Assembly (NCBI RefSeq): GCF_030144855.1
Contig: NC_082731.1
Coordinates: 21,948,001-22,012,000 of the forward strand
Direction of reading: 5' to 3'
Origin: Hypanus sabinus
Lineage: Eukaryota
Length of the DNA stretch: 64,000 bases
This document shows positions 25,340-39,730 of this stretch, piece by piece. Position 1 is the stretch's first letter. Every line of letters starts with the position of its first letter. The position numbers were made by a program, and so were the translations under genes. The notes under the pieces were generated by a model. It was not told the origin of the DNA. It ran no database searches and was given only the letters and a program-made list of their open reading frames with translations.

Positions 25340-26000
25340 TGTTCTCAATGACCATTCTCGGTCAATGGCCAGATGAGCAGAATAGTTATAGGAACCTTGG
25401 AGTGGCGCTGGAACAACTTTTCGAGCAATGCCCATTTGGGGAAGCGTTGAGAGTGAAAGTGGTAAGCAGATCGTGGCGGGGAGGAGGGGTGTTGTGAAAA
25501 GCCTGGGGGAGAGATTTTGCAGCAGATGCCCACTTCCTGAGTACTACTGTGGCGTCCTCGGGTGAGAATGTCTAAGCCGTGCCAGGGCTAGGGTGTGGAG
25601 CACTGAGAGCTTTGTTCAGGATCAGCGAAGATAACTAAAAGAACACCTGTACTAGTATCTCGACATCTTCGCAGCCAGAGTCGAGGACAACAGACGCACG
25701 TGGTTTGTCCAACAGCACGTCCATCGCCAAACGCAAGACACAGTGCCAGCAGATTGAATAAATGGCAGAGATTCGCTTCACCATTTGGTTTGACAGCCCG
25801 TGAGCAGCCCTAGCGATTTTGATCAGAATGAAACATAGGTTGCTGTAGTTCTGCACGACCGGACCACTGCCACGAATTCAAGATTGTTTGAATTGCATGG
25901 CGGGTTGGATCAAAGTCATCTTTCTCACCTGCACAGTGGCTACGGTCAGGTGAACTGCCTCGAGTGGTCCAAAGCAAAATTGACTTCACCATTGATTAAG
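25340..26000 (-). mobile_element. Gypsy-type integrase fragment (inverted)
   Basis: PMFHSDQNR (compare integrase HSDQG) at about 25815-25835, followed by an LCHL-like segment. Heavily decayed. Confidence 0.5.
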
Positions 26001-26020
26001 AGCGGTGGCACTCCCGAGCA

Positions 26021-27900
26021 ATGCCGCATGGCCCATTTAACGCCTTGACTACATTCGGGAGGATTATGGGGAAGATGCTGGCTGACATTTCAAGGAGTAG
26101 ATGTGTGATTTAGATATTCTGTCTGTGCTGTCCGTCGTTTCAGATGTTTCCCTACCGAAACCGGAGAAGGTCTTCACCGTCATCCTGCAGGCGAACCTGC
26201 GCCTCAATCCGACAAATTACAGCCTGCTGCGCCACCATACAGTGTTCCTGGGCATTGGTTCTGTGCAGAAGGTGCATCGACGGTTCTGGCATTCGCATCG
26301 TTCCGTGGTGTGGTATCATACCTTGCCGGTTTATCGGGTACCACGCCTTTTTATATGATACTCTGCACCAGCTCAGAGAGAAGGGGGGTATATCCGCCTG
26401 GACTCACACCTGCGCTGCTGCCTAAGGCCAGCTCCGAACTGCGTTCACTGCGGCCCTGTATTGGCGTCTGTGATCCAGTGTGCACCTATTATCCTTACAA
26501 CAGATGCCAGCAAAGGCGTGATCGGCGCAGAGCTGTGACCGGATGGGATCAAATGCGAACGTGTTGTGGAGTGCACCAGTCACAATCAGCGGAACTATTG
26601 CGTCACACACGGAGAGCTGTTGAGGGTTGTACAGTCTCTCCTTCACCCGTCTGTAAAGGTTCGGCCGAAGATTACTGCCTATCACGGAATTTGCGTTGCT
26701 CTCTGGCAGTTGAGATTCCACGAACCGGCGGCCAGCTGGTGCGGTCTTTGGACGTTCAACAAGACGACGGTTTGGTCATGTATCCCGGCGCTGGAAGACA
26801 TTATGGCATTGCTGACACCCTTACCTATGAGGCCAGCGAGTGTCACTACTGTCTTCGAACCAAGTGGCAGAGCCAAGTTCAGCAGGCGGAGGCGCTGCTT
26901 CTGGTACCAATTGGCGGTGACCTCCTCGTCATGGATTACCCGAAGTTGCGTCGAAACTAGGTGAACATATGACTAAGCGTGGAATGGCAACCGCTGTGTG
27001 GAGAGGTCTCCGCTTGCATCCGAAAACTAAAGCCCTGTCCTTTCTCTTCGACACGTTGGAGGTACGCTGTGTGATGCAGTTCCGGCGGTGAAAGTTTTAT
27101 GACAGTCATATCCTGCTGCGTTTAATTCCACGGAGGTCAGCGCCACTGTCGTTGCGCGGGTTGCCAAAGGGTAGCTGGCCATTTCTGATTTCGAAAGACG
27201 TTTGGCAGTCTGAGAGAGCTCTCCTTTTATCCTGGTTGTAGGCAGTTCGTACACTGCTGCGACCCTGCCACATCTCTGAACTGGCCTGCCCGCCAGTCAA
27301 GTGTGCTAATGCAGCAGTGCCTTGATTGGGTCCTAGAGCAGCGTGCACTGGGAAGCATCGTTGGCCCCGTCTCACATTCTAACTCTGTGAAGCGCTATAT
27401 TGTCGTAGTTATCTGTTACCTCATGAGGAGGCCAGACGAGTTGACATTCCTTGCGGCACCTTATGAAGCAGAACTGAGAGACTGGAGGAGAAGTTCCTCT
27501 GCTCCTCTGAGAAACTCCACATTGATCCGGATCTCAGCTTGGAAACTTATATATTTATTGAGGTGTATAAAACGGGATAAACACAGGGAGCAATGCCGCA
27601 GCGGTCATTCTGGGGATAGACAGTATTACATGGGTTGTTTGAAGATTTCGCTCTTCGAGGGTACAGTGCGGTGGTGTTAGAGTTCGTGAAGGCAAAACAC
27701 TGTTGTAGATTACCCCAGTATATTCGTTATTTATTTTACTCAACATCTTACTACTTGATCGGTGGTAACGGTCGGGATGCCAGGCCGGAGTTGAATGCTC
27801 CTATTATGGGACTTGTGAAGGCAGAAAGATCTCCAGCGTCCATGACGTCTTTGGCTGCAAGACAATGCATCCAGCTTCAGAATCTAACACTCCGTGTTTA
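26021..27900 (+). mobile_element. Gypsy/Ty3 pol remnant (RT, RNase H, integrase)
   Basis: MPHGPFNALTTFGRIMGKML (compare MPFGLxNAPATF), ILQANLRLNP, RNYCVTHGELLRVV (compare RNYCVTRRELLAVV), GAGRHYGIADTL (compare HxNADAL), VGP..SVKRYIVVVICY (integrase). Frameshifted. Confidence 0.85.
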
Positions 27901-27949
27901 GCAGGTGGACAGCTCATACGTCGAGATATTTACATCGAAGGTGCAGAAC

Positions 27950-30570
27950 AGAGAAGATTGTGTGACAAACAGGAGGGTGAAATGGATTATGTAACCAATG
28001 CACAGTAGCCCTGTCCATACGCCCTTGACAACTGGTATACCGAGTTGGTTATGTTTTTCTGGGGATGGTGGTAATGACCCAGCAGAATATTATCAGATCT
28101 GTGAATTCTCTGATACTGAGTCTGGACTTGTCTTTCAAAAGGGAATGGGGAATTGATGTAAGTTTGTTAACAGGGGATTATTTAGTGAGGTGAAGTATAA
28201 ATAATGTTCTGTGTTTGAGAACGAGTATTCTCGCTGACTATAGGGACCACGGTTTGGTACAGCTCGGATAAGATCCTGAACACATTTAAGTGGCAATAGG
28301 AGCATGCAGACCGCGTGGTCCATTTAGGATCCAAAGACATCGGAATAAACGATGACAATGTTCTGCAAAGCGTTTTCAGAGAGATACGTATGAAGTAAAG
28401 TGACAGGTAATCCAGGGTTCAGCTTTCAGTTTTGCTGCCTGCGTCACTTGCTAGTAAGCCGAGAAAAACAATACTGTAGTGTTTAGCACATTGCTAAGCA
28501 GGTTTTGTAGGATAAAGAAAGCCAGTTTTATTATGTTTTTTTCTTTACTACAACTGGGCTATCTTCAACCGACAGAGGGATCTTCGCATAAGAGACGATT
28601 TACAGCTAAGTATGGAGGGGGGAAGGTTATTCAATGAATATCTCCCTGGTTGCAGGTGGCAGTGTCGAGGAAAGATGGATAAAATCGAGCTGAAGTGGAA
28701 TGGGAACAAGAGTGTCAGAACTAATTATGAAGGTGTTGTAGAGGCAGACGCAGTTAACACTTCATAAAAAAGTCAGCAATTCAAATAGGATGGGCATACA
28801 ATATGAGCTGCTTGTCTAAGAAATATTTTTCGAAAGGCTGATGAGTTCATTGTATAGATCCACCCATGAACTTATAATATTGTGTGCTTTTCTGAGGCTT
28901 TGTTGCAAGATGATTGACTAAATATCCGGGAATTCTATGGCGTTTGAAACAATAGAGCAGCTGGGATTACATGTAGAGCGATTCTGTTACTCCTCAAGAA
29001 AACAGTCATAGCTGTGATTATCAAGGCAGACCGGAGAACCCGTCTCGTTTTATTTTTTTAAAAGTATAACAGAGGAATAAAAAAATAAGAACGACAACCT
29101 TAATGCGGATGTATTATGGAACACCACTGGGTTCAGAGAAAATTTGCGGAGTGGTCACAGATTGTTGCAAGAACCATCTTGTTATAATATCTCGTTTTAA
29201 CTTTGCGCATATCGAAAGGAAATCACACACGCCTCACTTCAAATGGACTAGATGGAATAGAGTGTGCCAAGTGCAGTCAGGACAGTTTCTGATAACCACA
29301 GATAGAAATCCCAAGGATGGAGTCTGTAGTATTTGATCAGTTGTTTTGCAGAATTGTCTAGTATAATTATTTGCATCAACTGATCATAATAGCATTAGCC
29401 TCAATGTAAGTAAGGAAAAGGATAAGTCACACTGCGCGTTAAAAAACCAAATGGGAGTAAGCGCAATTTTAATAGGGTCTGAACGGATCTGGTAAGAGGG
29501 CATTGGGACATGGTGTATGCGGTAATGGGAGACATTCACGAGAGTAATTTTTCAGAGTAGAATGTTTAATAGGAAAGATTAAAAGAGTAAATGACAAAAA
29601 CAGGTTCGGGAAACTTGCTTTCCAATGGCTATTGATGGTGTGAATACTAAAATAAAGCAGGTGTACCGCAGGAACCGCAGGAACAAAACAGCAACTTATC
29701 ATTTGTCGGTAATGCATAAGAAAAAGTGAGATAAAACTCAGGAAATTTAAAGGAAGGCGTGATTTTCCTTAGCATAAAGTGAAAGAGAACTCCAAGGGAT
29801 TCTAAAGATATATTAGGACCAAAGGATTGCAAGGGACATCTGGTAGATCAATCTGATATTCAATGCATGAGCCGAAAGAGATTTTAAATGACAGTTTTTG
29901 AAGTGTGGTTAATCGGGGACTGTATGTAGACTCTATAGAAAGAGGCAGTTCTGAGTTCTAGGAGAATATAGAAGTTGCAAAGCCGATCATCACACTCTGA
30001 AGGGAATTAGGGTATTTAAATACTCACTGTAACAAAGTACTTCCACGGATCCATTGGAAGGCAGGTAGAGAAGTTGCAAGGAAAATGAATCTTAGTCAAA
30101 GCTGTCTTACCGGAAGACTGGTGAATAGCTAATATTGTACTGTTGTTAAAGGAATATTTTAAAATTTAATCGTGAAATGATTAGAAGTTGAGCCTGATAT
30201 CAGTAGGAGTAGGGAGATTTACAATTATTCAAAAGTAGCAGAAGTATTTGTGTTTGGATTGGCAGAGACGATTTAGGAACAGGCACCGTAGCTTTGTGTG
30301 TGGTGGGTTTGCCTGATCAAACATAGCAATTTTCAGGTGGATAGCAGGAAATTTGATTTCGTCCACAGGAACCTCATCAAGTCAATTGCGAAGATCAGTT
30401 TTTGGAGGTTGGTGAAGAACGTCCTGTCACATGGCAGTCAAGATTATGCAACAAATTGCATAAAAAACTGTCAGATAATATTAAAAACAAAAACACTACA
30501 GCAAATTGCAAAGGAAAGACAACTAAATAAGAAATTTTCCATATGTTCAAGCGGAGGAAAATAATACTCG
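27950..30570 (+). mobile_element. Old decayed CR1 LINE (ORF1 end to ORF2)
   Basis: HLGSKDIG esterase-like motif at about 28320, GTPLGSEKICG..KNHLVIISRFNF at 29103-29336, and RKFDFVHRNL-like RT remnants near 30350. Confidence 0.65.
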
Positions 30571-32099
30571 GCAGCAAGAGAATATTTATGTTGAACATTT
30601 ATTAAACGTGTTTCCATACTCTCACTTGTTGGTAATCATGAATTGCTGCAGTGCATACATTGTTGATCTCGAGTATTTGTCCACCATTTCTGCACTAATT
30701 ATCAAGCCAAAATATAGTAATTCTCTTTATCAAAATTGAATCCATATGTTACGATACTCAGCTCCTTCAATATCTTCCCCATCAGCCTCCTTGTAGAGAA
30801 GATTTAAAATCTGCACTGTTTTCGAAATATGCACTTTTCAAGCTTCTTTTAACACTCCTCATTCTAATTTTTTAAATGTTTTGAACGAGCATACCAAAAG
30901 AAGCGGTCGACGTCATTGAGAACGTAATACGAGCTAGTCTTCATTCAGGAAGGACATTGAAATTGAAAATCCTGAGCTCCGCAGCGAGGTTTCTGAGGTG
31001 AGTGGAGCCAGTCAGCAGAGGAAAGTGCATAAAGAGAGCTACCTTTCAGTCAGTTCAGCGGTCAAGAATTAATAATCAGAAATTGACGGCCATTTTCTTT
31101 TGAGTTGGACAGATGACGTCAGGCTGTGAGTAAAAGGCAAACTTTCAGACAGAAAAGCGATTGAGTTGATAAATACGGAGCTACACCTCTAATTATCTGA
31201 TTTGAACAGCGGCTAATCAGCAAGAGAGCTTCGTTAGAAATGGCCAATAAAATAACACAGGCAGAAGCGGAACAAACATTCTTTAATAATACTTTCTTCA
31301 GAGTGCGCTATGATTTCGAGTAGTTTTAGTTCATTCGACTGGCGAGACTAGGCTTTGGTGATATAAACTACTTGATAGATTTTCGTTCTCATTGTTTTTT
31401 TCATTATCTGCGAGGGCCTCTCAGTTCAGCGTGAAAAGCTCCATGGACAGAATTAAGGGATGCGTGTGAGATGAGGAAATTCTATTTGAACTCCATTCTC
31501 CTGGATAAACTCACCTGTACTAGGTGCGCTGAACTGCATCTCTTGAGAGAATCTATTACTGAGCTGGAGCGACCGGACCATGACATTCGTATCACACGCA
31601 TTAGGGTTACTATAATTTTGGCAGCTGGATAGCGATCTCTGTGCTTGTCAAGTTCAGACAGTGGATGACATATTGATAGGACGAGCCAACCTCTACAAGC
31701 AAAATCTGCAACAGTTGATTAATAGCAGCTGAGAAAAGAAGCAGCTCCATTGCACGGCCTATTACACTTTACAAACCAACGCGCACTATGATCAGGCTGT
31801 ACACTCTTATTTAAACGGTAAATTGAAGGCTACACCGTATTTGGTTAAGACTAGGGCTCTCCTCGATGGCTCATTTGACAGTGGCCACAAAATGACCAGC
31901 AAATCTAAAGATATCGGGACGATGTTAAAACGATTCGGGAAAGACACCAAGGCTGTTTATACTATAAATGTCGTACTGGGACATGGAGCCCGAATACAAT
32001 TCTTTAACGAAAAGAAGGGGAGACTTGTTAAAGTTCGAGCCCTTTTGAAAAAAGCAACAGCCAAAAACAGAAGACCCTATATTTCCCAATAGAGCCTTA

Positions 32100-34520
32100 T
32101 TACGGGCACCAGGAAACCTATGGGCCCAACATAAAAATCATGTGTGGAAAAACCCAATCAGCACTGAAGCATAAAGTTACTCTAAAACAAAGAATGCACC
32201 ACTGTCCGATATTTAACCGTACCGTGTAGCTACTGAAGCTGAAGAAGGAATCACTCCTGTAGTAGACTCTTTGCAGCGAGGGATGTTGGTAAAGACACAA
32301 CGCCTATGTAACACCCCTATATTATCTATTCCAAAACCGGGTCGAAGAAGTGAGTGCAGGGCCTAAGAACCATTAATAAGATGGTCATCCCCAATGCTCC
32401 ACAGCTGCCGGACACCAACGTTATGCTTACTTCTATACCTGCGCGAACTGGTACTTTTACTGTAATCAATCGGTGCTCAGCATTTTTCTACATACCTTTG
32501 CACAACGATAGCCAGTATTTATCTAACCTTACTGATTAGAATGAGATATATACGTGGAAGCGTCTGTCCCAGGGATATACCGAAGGCCCCGCTGATTATG
32601 CTACAGCAGTTAAGAAAAAAATAACCGAACGCCAGCTGTCCGGGTATTCCTCGATGATTGAGTATGCACACAACTGTTGCATACTGATAGCTTCTGCTAC
32701 AGTGCCACAAGTCCTACCGATTCTTTGACACTCCTTGATCATTTGGCGAGAAGAGGACACAGGGTGTTTGTGGACACAATTCAGTTTTGTGGAGAGACAC
32801 TGTCCAGTCCCTACAATTCCAGCTCAGGAAATGTTGGCGAAGATTGGGAAGGGATCGAATAAAAGCAATAAAGAAGTTCCCAGTCCCCCACATAAAATAA
32901 AAATACATTCTTTCATTCCTGAGCATGGTAGGGCACTGACAACATTGGATTTCCGAATACTGGGGGACGGATGCAGTAATGCGTTCTGCTGCATTGAAAA
33001 CGGAGCTCCACATCGTGGAATGAACACCCGAAAAGGCAGAAAGCCTTCCATGACCTAAGTGTAATGGTAGAAAAATTTATCTCAATTGCATTGGATCACC
33101 CGTGCACTGTGATAGTATTCCATGCCGTAATGCCCCTCTTGAATTCAGCTGCTACTCAGCATTTTGCTACGGCCAGAAGGGCAGGTTATGAGGTGATTCT
33201 TCTTTCTCGCTCCAACTGTACGTACAAAAGACCTCCGGCTATTAATTCGGATTATTTTTTTCCCTTACGACCTGCACAGCAAGATGGGGATGTCCATGAC
33301 TGTCTGCTCGTAGCGGAGGCTACCACAACACCCCACCAGATCTGAGAAGCGAATCTATTGACAAGTCTGATTTAATTATTTTCACAGGTGGCTCTTTCCG
33401 CGGCCAGGATATGATCTGTTGCTGTTGCTATAGCAACTCCCCAGGAGGGAGATCGATGTTTATGCCTTGACAACAGGACTATCAGCGCAGACGGCTGAAC
33501 TCTATGCCATTATGAGAGCTTGCTTGCATTTTGCCCTAAGGAAAAGGTGCCAATGTCTATTTCGACTAACGTTATGGGTTTGGGATAGTAAGTTACTTTG
33601 GACAATAGTGGAAAAATAGGGGATTTATCACCTCATCTGGGAAAGCAATTAAACACGCCTCCTTCGGTCTGAACCTTTTAGAAGCTAGAAATTTGCCACC
33701 AACATCAGTAATAATTAAGTGCGAGGCACACACCTCAGCTGAAAATGAGACCTTCTGGGGTAATCGATTTGCAACATGGTAGCAAAACGGGTGGCTCTTT
33801 CCGACAACCTGTTCTACACACCACTCGAGTTGCATAGGGACGGAAGAAACTCCCTGTGTGTATTAACGTCCAACGGTTGCAGGAAGCCTGGAAACTTGCC
33901 TCACAGCAAAAGAAATGTGCCTGGACCAAATCTGCATGTTACCAGAATGCCGGCGTGTGGTGTCACCCAGACGGCAAGTAGAGTGCTCTTATTGCCTATT
34001 TTACCACTTGTACGCCTGGCACATGACCAGTCTCACCTGGGCAAAGGAGTGATGCAGCATGCCATCACTGAACAAGCGATAACATTAACTATGGAAAAGG
34101 TCGCACCACTCGCTTAGTTGAAAAATGCCCGCTAGATTTGATCACCTTCCCCGGCCGGATATTATAACTAGGTTTGGAATTCTTCTAGGTATAAATAGCG
34201 ACAGGGGAACTCGTTTTACTAATAAATTTGAGCAGGCCCAGAAGCAAACTTGAGGTTCCAGAAGAAATGTTATATCCCCTACCAGCCTCAGTCCTCAGGT
34301 ATGGTTGAAAGGGCAAACAGGGAAATAAAAGTGACTTTGACAAAAGTTTGTCAGCAAAACGGTCCCTGAGGCGTAAGATAATGCTTCGGAACGCTAGAGG
34401 TAATGTACACTCTGCGAAATCAGAGGAATAGAAATACGGGACTTACCCCTCATGAAATCTTGATGGGCTACCTATGACAACAGGAACTACGCCTCCTATG
34501 ACCCAGGTAATTGCAGAACT
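32100..34520 (+). mobile_element. pol: Endogenous retrovirus pol remnant (RT, connection, RNase H, integrase)
   Basis: EAEEGITPVV, NTPILSIPKPG, QGLRTINKMVIPNAPQLPD..FTVINRCSAFFYIPLH, HAVMPLLN..QHFATARRAGYEVILL, SAQTAELYAIMRAC, HDQSHLGKG, YQPQSSGMVERANREIK, TGLTPHEILMG, all in the correct order. Multiple frameshifts. Confidence 0.92.
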
Positions 34521-35439
34521 TAAATGCAATGATTGGAATGACTAGCTTTGACTCAGGGTGTTTATGTGAGGATTGGGTACTTGTGTCGGCGATTCAATTC
34601 GCCTCTGATATGTGATGAGCATTTGATCCTAGTCAGCAAAAGACATAAGAGGGCGCAATATGCTGCGACTTACAACACATTATTGCAGACTCCATAACGC
34701 AGTTTTAAGTAATATTCTGCCAACGTTGTAATTTCCAAGGAAGTATCTCCCACTGGAAATTTCAATAATGTCCCTCTTCCCAAGGACGGCATCTGTTCTG
34801 AAGAATGCCCCCTGCAGTTTCTTTTCATAGAATATATATATGGGGGGATATTAATCACGTGGACTGGTACTCGGGCAGCGATGATAAGCAGAGGAAATTC
34901 ACATAATAACGCCCAATTAAACTAACTCATTTGGTCTTGGAATTTTCGTTCCTCTCTCAGAATATCAATGCTCCAATCTAACCCCCACTTTATGTCCCTA
35001 TGGTTTGTATGTTCACTAGCATTACTAAAGCATTTCCCAGGAACTACTCTCTGTGGAAAAGGCGGTTTGTTCCGCACTTTGAATCATGCAGTCAAAGAGT
35101 CACAGAACAATGCAAAACAGAATCGGTCTGTTTGGTCCCTCCAGTCCGGGACAACCCATCAGCCCTCACCTGGTCTATGGACCCAAGCACCCCTGACATC
35201 CATGTAATTATCCAAACATAAAATCATGTATTGTTCAATCCAAATCGCATCAATCACCTGTACTGATAACTGGCTACACGTGAATACCAGCATCATCCAT
35301 GTGAAAAATTGTACACTCATGATAGTAGCATGCATTTTGCTATTTCTCCTTCACCAATGAGCTCTAATTCCAGTCTCACACAGCCTTAGTTAAAGAGCCT
35401 GTCTGCATTTTCCTATCTACAAGATAAATATATTTTAAG

Positions 35440-35770
35440 GGCAATAGAGTGAGTGGACAGACAGCGCCTCTTCCCCAGGGCACCACTGCTTAATATAAGA
35501 GGACATGGCTTTAAGGTATAGGGTGGGAAGTTCAAGGAGGATAATAGAGGAACGTTTCTTACTCAGAGAGTGGTTGGTGCGCGGAACACACAGCCTGACT
35601 CAGCAATGGAGGCAGATAGAGTAGAGAAATTTAAGAGACTACTATGAAATAAAGAAATTTATGGAGGAATTTAAGGTGGAGGGTTATATGGGAGAAAGGG
35701 TTTAAGGGTCGGCACAACAGGGTGGGCAGAAGGGCCTGTACTGTGCTGTATTGTTCTCTGTTCTATGTTC
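35440..35770 (+). mobile_element. CR1 3' end fragment
   Basis: agaggacatggctttaagg...gggcctgtactgtgctgtattgttctctgttctatg tail. Confidence 0.8.
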
Positions 35771-35799
35771 GATTTTGTACACCTGAAAATTCTGTAAAC

Positions 35800-38700
35800 A
35801 AAGAAAATAGAATACATAGAAGATAGAACATATAGAGCATTCAACATAGATCATAGAACATAGAATAGCCTTAGCTCCTTTAATCTCTGATCATAATGCA
35901 TACTCTTTAAACTAGGCAGTATCCTGGTAAATCTCTGTACCTTTTCCAATACTTCCACATCCACATTCCACAAGTGCGGCCTAACCAGAGATTTATAGAG
36001 CTGCATCATTGCAAATCTTAAACTTTACCCCTCGATTTATGAAGGCTAACACATCATAAGCTTTCTTAGCTACCCTATCTACCTGTGAGGCAACTTTCAA
36101 GGATCTGTGGACATGTACCCCCCATATCCCTCTGCTCCTCCACACTACCAAGTACCCTGCCATTTACTTTGTACTCTGCCTTGGAGTTTGTCCTTTCAAA
36201 GTCAACCACCTCACATCTCTCTGTGTTGAACTCCATCTGCTACTTCTCAGGCCAATCCTGCATCCTATCAATATCTCTCTGGAATCTTTCTCAATCCTCT
36301 ACACTACCCACAATAACACCAACCTTTGTGATGTCTGCAAACTTACCAACCCACCGTTCTTCTCCCATATCTTCGTTAGTAAAAATCACGAAAGTATGGG
36401 TCACAGAACCAATTCTTCTGGGTCACCGCTAGTCAGAACACTCCAATCCGAATGTACTCCCTCCACCACAACCGTCTGTTTTCTACTGGCTAGTTAGTTC
36501 TGAATCCACCTGGCCAAATTTCCCTGGATCCCATCCTTTCCGATATTCTGAATAAGCCTCCCGTGTGGTGCCTTGTCAAATGCCTTACTAAAATCCATGT
36601 AGTTTACATCCTCTGCACTATCGTCAACTATATGCCTGGTCACCACCACGAATAACTCTAACAGTCTTGATAGACACGATCTGCCTTTCACAAATCCATG
36701 TTAACTGTCCCTGATCAGACCATGATTTTCTAAATGCCCATAGTTTCTATCTCTAAGAATCTTTTCCAACAGCTTTCCCAACACAGATGTAAGGCTCACT
36801 ATCCCTATTAACATTTTTGAACAGGGAGACAACATTCGCCTCCCTACAATCAACCGCTACCATTCCCGTGGACAACGAGGTCATAAAGATCCTAGCTAGC
36901 GTCTCATCAATCTCTTCGTTCGACTCGGAGAGCAGCCTGGGGAATATTTCGTCAGGCCCCGGGAGCTTACCCATCCTAATGTATTTTAACAACTCCAACA
37001 CCTCCGCTGTTTAAATATCAGCATGCTCTAATACTTCTTCCTCGCTCATATTGTCCTCAACGTCATCAAGTTCCTTCTCATTGGTGAATAACGAAGAGAA
37101 GTATTGATTGACGAACTTCGTCACTACCATAGCATACAGGCATATCTTCCCAACTTTAACTATAAATGGTCCTGCCTTCACTGTTGTCATGCTTTTGTTC
37201 TTCATGTAATTGAAGAATACCTGGGGTTTTCAATTATCCTGCTCGCCAAAGCCTTCTCATGCTCGTTTCTTGCTCTCCTCAGCCTTCGTAAACTCCTTTG
37301 TTGGCAGCCTATGATCCTCAGTAACCCCATCTGATATTTGCTTCCTAAGCCTCATGTATGCTATCTTCTTCCACCTGACTAGATTTTCCACCTCACTTGT
37401 CACCCATGGTTCCTCCACCTTACCATTGTTTATCTTACTCTCCTCGACAAATTTATCCCTAGCATCCTGCAAGAGATCGCTAAACATCTCCCAAAAAAAA
37501 AACATCATCCTAATTCACACCCAAATTTTCTAGCCTTATAGCTTCATAATTTGAGCTTACTCAATTAAAAATGTCCCTGTCTTCTCTGATTCTATCGTTT
37601 TCCATGATAATGTTTAAGGCCAGTGAGCGGGGATTATTGCCCCCCTAGATGCTCACTCACTGAGAGACCTGTGACCTGTTACGGTTCTTTACCTAATACT
37701 AGATCTACCATGGCATTGCCCCTGGTCGGCCAGTCAACATTCTGTGACAAGGACTCGGCCTGGATAAAGTTAACAACAAACTCTGCCCCGTCTAATCTAT
37801 TGGAATGAATCAGGTGCCAATCAATATTAGGGAAGTTAAATTCACTCATGATAACAACCCTGTTATTTTTGCAGCTTTCCAAAATGTCCTCCGATTCTGC
37901 TCTTCGGTATCTCTGTTGCTACCAGGGTACTAGGGGTCCTATAGAATACTCCCAATAGAGAAACTGCTGCCTTCCTGTTCTTGACTTCTCCCCATACTGA
38001 TTCAAAAGAGAATGCTGCTACATTCCCAACCCTATCTGCAGCTGTTCTAGTATCCTGGACCAGTAATGCCACCCCTACTCCCCTTTTACCGCCCCCATCC
38101 TTTTTTAAACACTGAAATCCAGGAATATTGAGAATCCATTCCTGCCCTGGTGTCAGCCAAATCACTTTAACGACCAATACATCATATTTCCATGTATGTA
38201 TCCAAGATCTCAGTTCATCTCCTTTGTTCCTAATGTTTCCTGTATTGAAGTACACGCACTTTAGCCATTCTACATTATTACCATTACACCTTTTATTCTG
38301 CTTCTCATCCCTCAAAGCCTCTTTATTTGTTAGATCTGGCATTTCTCCAAGACTGTACTTGCAGATCTCGCATGGTCGTTTGTCCTGTCCACCTACCAAT
38401 CTGCTCTAATACTCTTGTTCCACTCCCCCTGCCAATCTAGTTTAAACCCCCCAAGCAGAACTAGTAAATCTTCCCTCAAGGATCTTATTTTCTCTCCAGC
38501 TCAGGTGAATCCAGCCCCGTCGGAAGAGGTCCGACCTTCCCTGGAACAAGGCCCAATTGTCCAGAAACACGAAGGTCTCCTTCCTGCACCAACTCCTTAG
38601 CCACGTATTTAGCTGCATTATATTCCTATTTCCAGTCTCACTACCACGTGGCACGGATAGCAGTACTGCGATTGCAACACTGGAGGTCCTGTCCTTCAAC

Positions 38701-39730
38701 ATTGCACCTAACTCCCTAAGGTCTATTGCAGGACCTCCTCCTTTTCCCTATCTACGTCATTGGTCCATTAATGGTCCACGACATCTGGCAGCTCATACTT
38801 CTTCTTGAGAATAATGAGAACCCGATTCGAGACATCGTGGACACTAGGACCAGTGAGGCAACAGGCCATCTGAGATTCTCGATCTGTCCCACAGAGCCTC
38901 TTATCTGTCCCCTTAACTATCGAATCATCTGTCACTACTGCTCTCCTCCTTTACCTCCTTCCTTTCTGAGCGGAGGGTCAAATCTCGGTGCCTGAAACTT
39001 GACCACTGCAACTTGTCCCTGGTAGGACATTCCCACCAAAAGTATCCACAACGGTATACTTATTGTTGATCGGAACGGCCGCAGAGGTGCTCTGCTCTTC
39101 CTGTCTATTCCCCTTCCCTTTCCTGACAGTCCTCAAGCTACATGTCTCCTGACTCTTAGGGGTGACTATCTCTCTATCTCCTGTCTTTTTCTGCCTCAGC
39201 CTGACGAATGAAGTTCATCCAGCTCCAGCTGAAGTAACTTAACTCGGTTTGCCAGGAGGTGCAACTGGATGTACCTTTTGCAGATGCAGTCATTAAGGAC
39301 AATTGTGCTCACTCTGACTTCCCACATACTGCAAACAGTGGACCCGACTGTACTAAATGCTGCCTGCAGTACCTACTTCTAAGCTAATTAGTGTTATTAA
39401 AGGAATCGACTCGGCCTTTCCTGACTGGGAGCAAGCTCGTCCTCAGCCTATGCACGCAGAAGCCTCATCAGCCAACGCCTTCCTACTGTGGCTCTCACAA
39501 CTCCGTCTCCCGCGACTACGTCGCCCGCTCCGTTAGTTTGCTCGCTTTTTAAATTCTTCCTCTGTCTCAGATACCGACCCTCACGCGCTTGCGCAGTCAC
39601 GCCCCTTTCAGGCTGCCAAAGAAATGAACTACCCCTTCTTAATCTGTTCGCTATTTAAACTCTCCCTCAATTTCAGAGGTCGGCCTTCAGGCGCTTGTGC
39701 AGTCGAGCCCTGTTTAAACTGCCAAAGAAA
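35800..39730 (-). mobile_element. Near full-length but decayed CR1 LINE
   Basis: (ATAGAAC)n tail at about 35810-35865. RT: VNYMDFSKAFDKAPHGRL and GKLPGPDEIFPRLL. APE: SEFNFPNIDW and WLKCVYFNTGNIRNKGDEL..KYDV. ORF1 esterase-like LNTWLRSWC..FLDNWALF. GC-rich 5' UTR at 39400-39720. Confidence 0.9.

Noticed and set aside
26310-26960. Longest ORF in the track (216 aa) as a novel protein
   Set aside because: It is a frameshifted mosaic of Gypsy RT/RNase H sequence.
34600-34900. LQ...YCAL / YCTL with an upstream cag acceptor, here and at 49.85-50.07 kb
   Set aside because: Acceptor-to-YC distance is about half a V exon, with no W motif or RSS. It could be an internally deleted relic but is not supportable.
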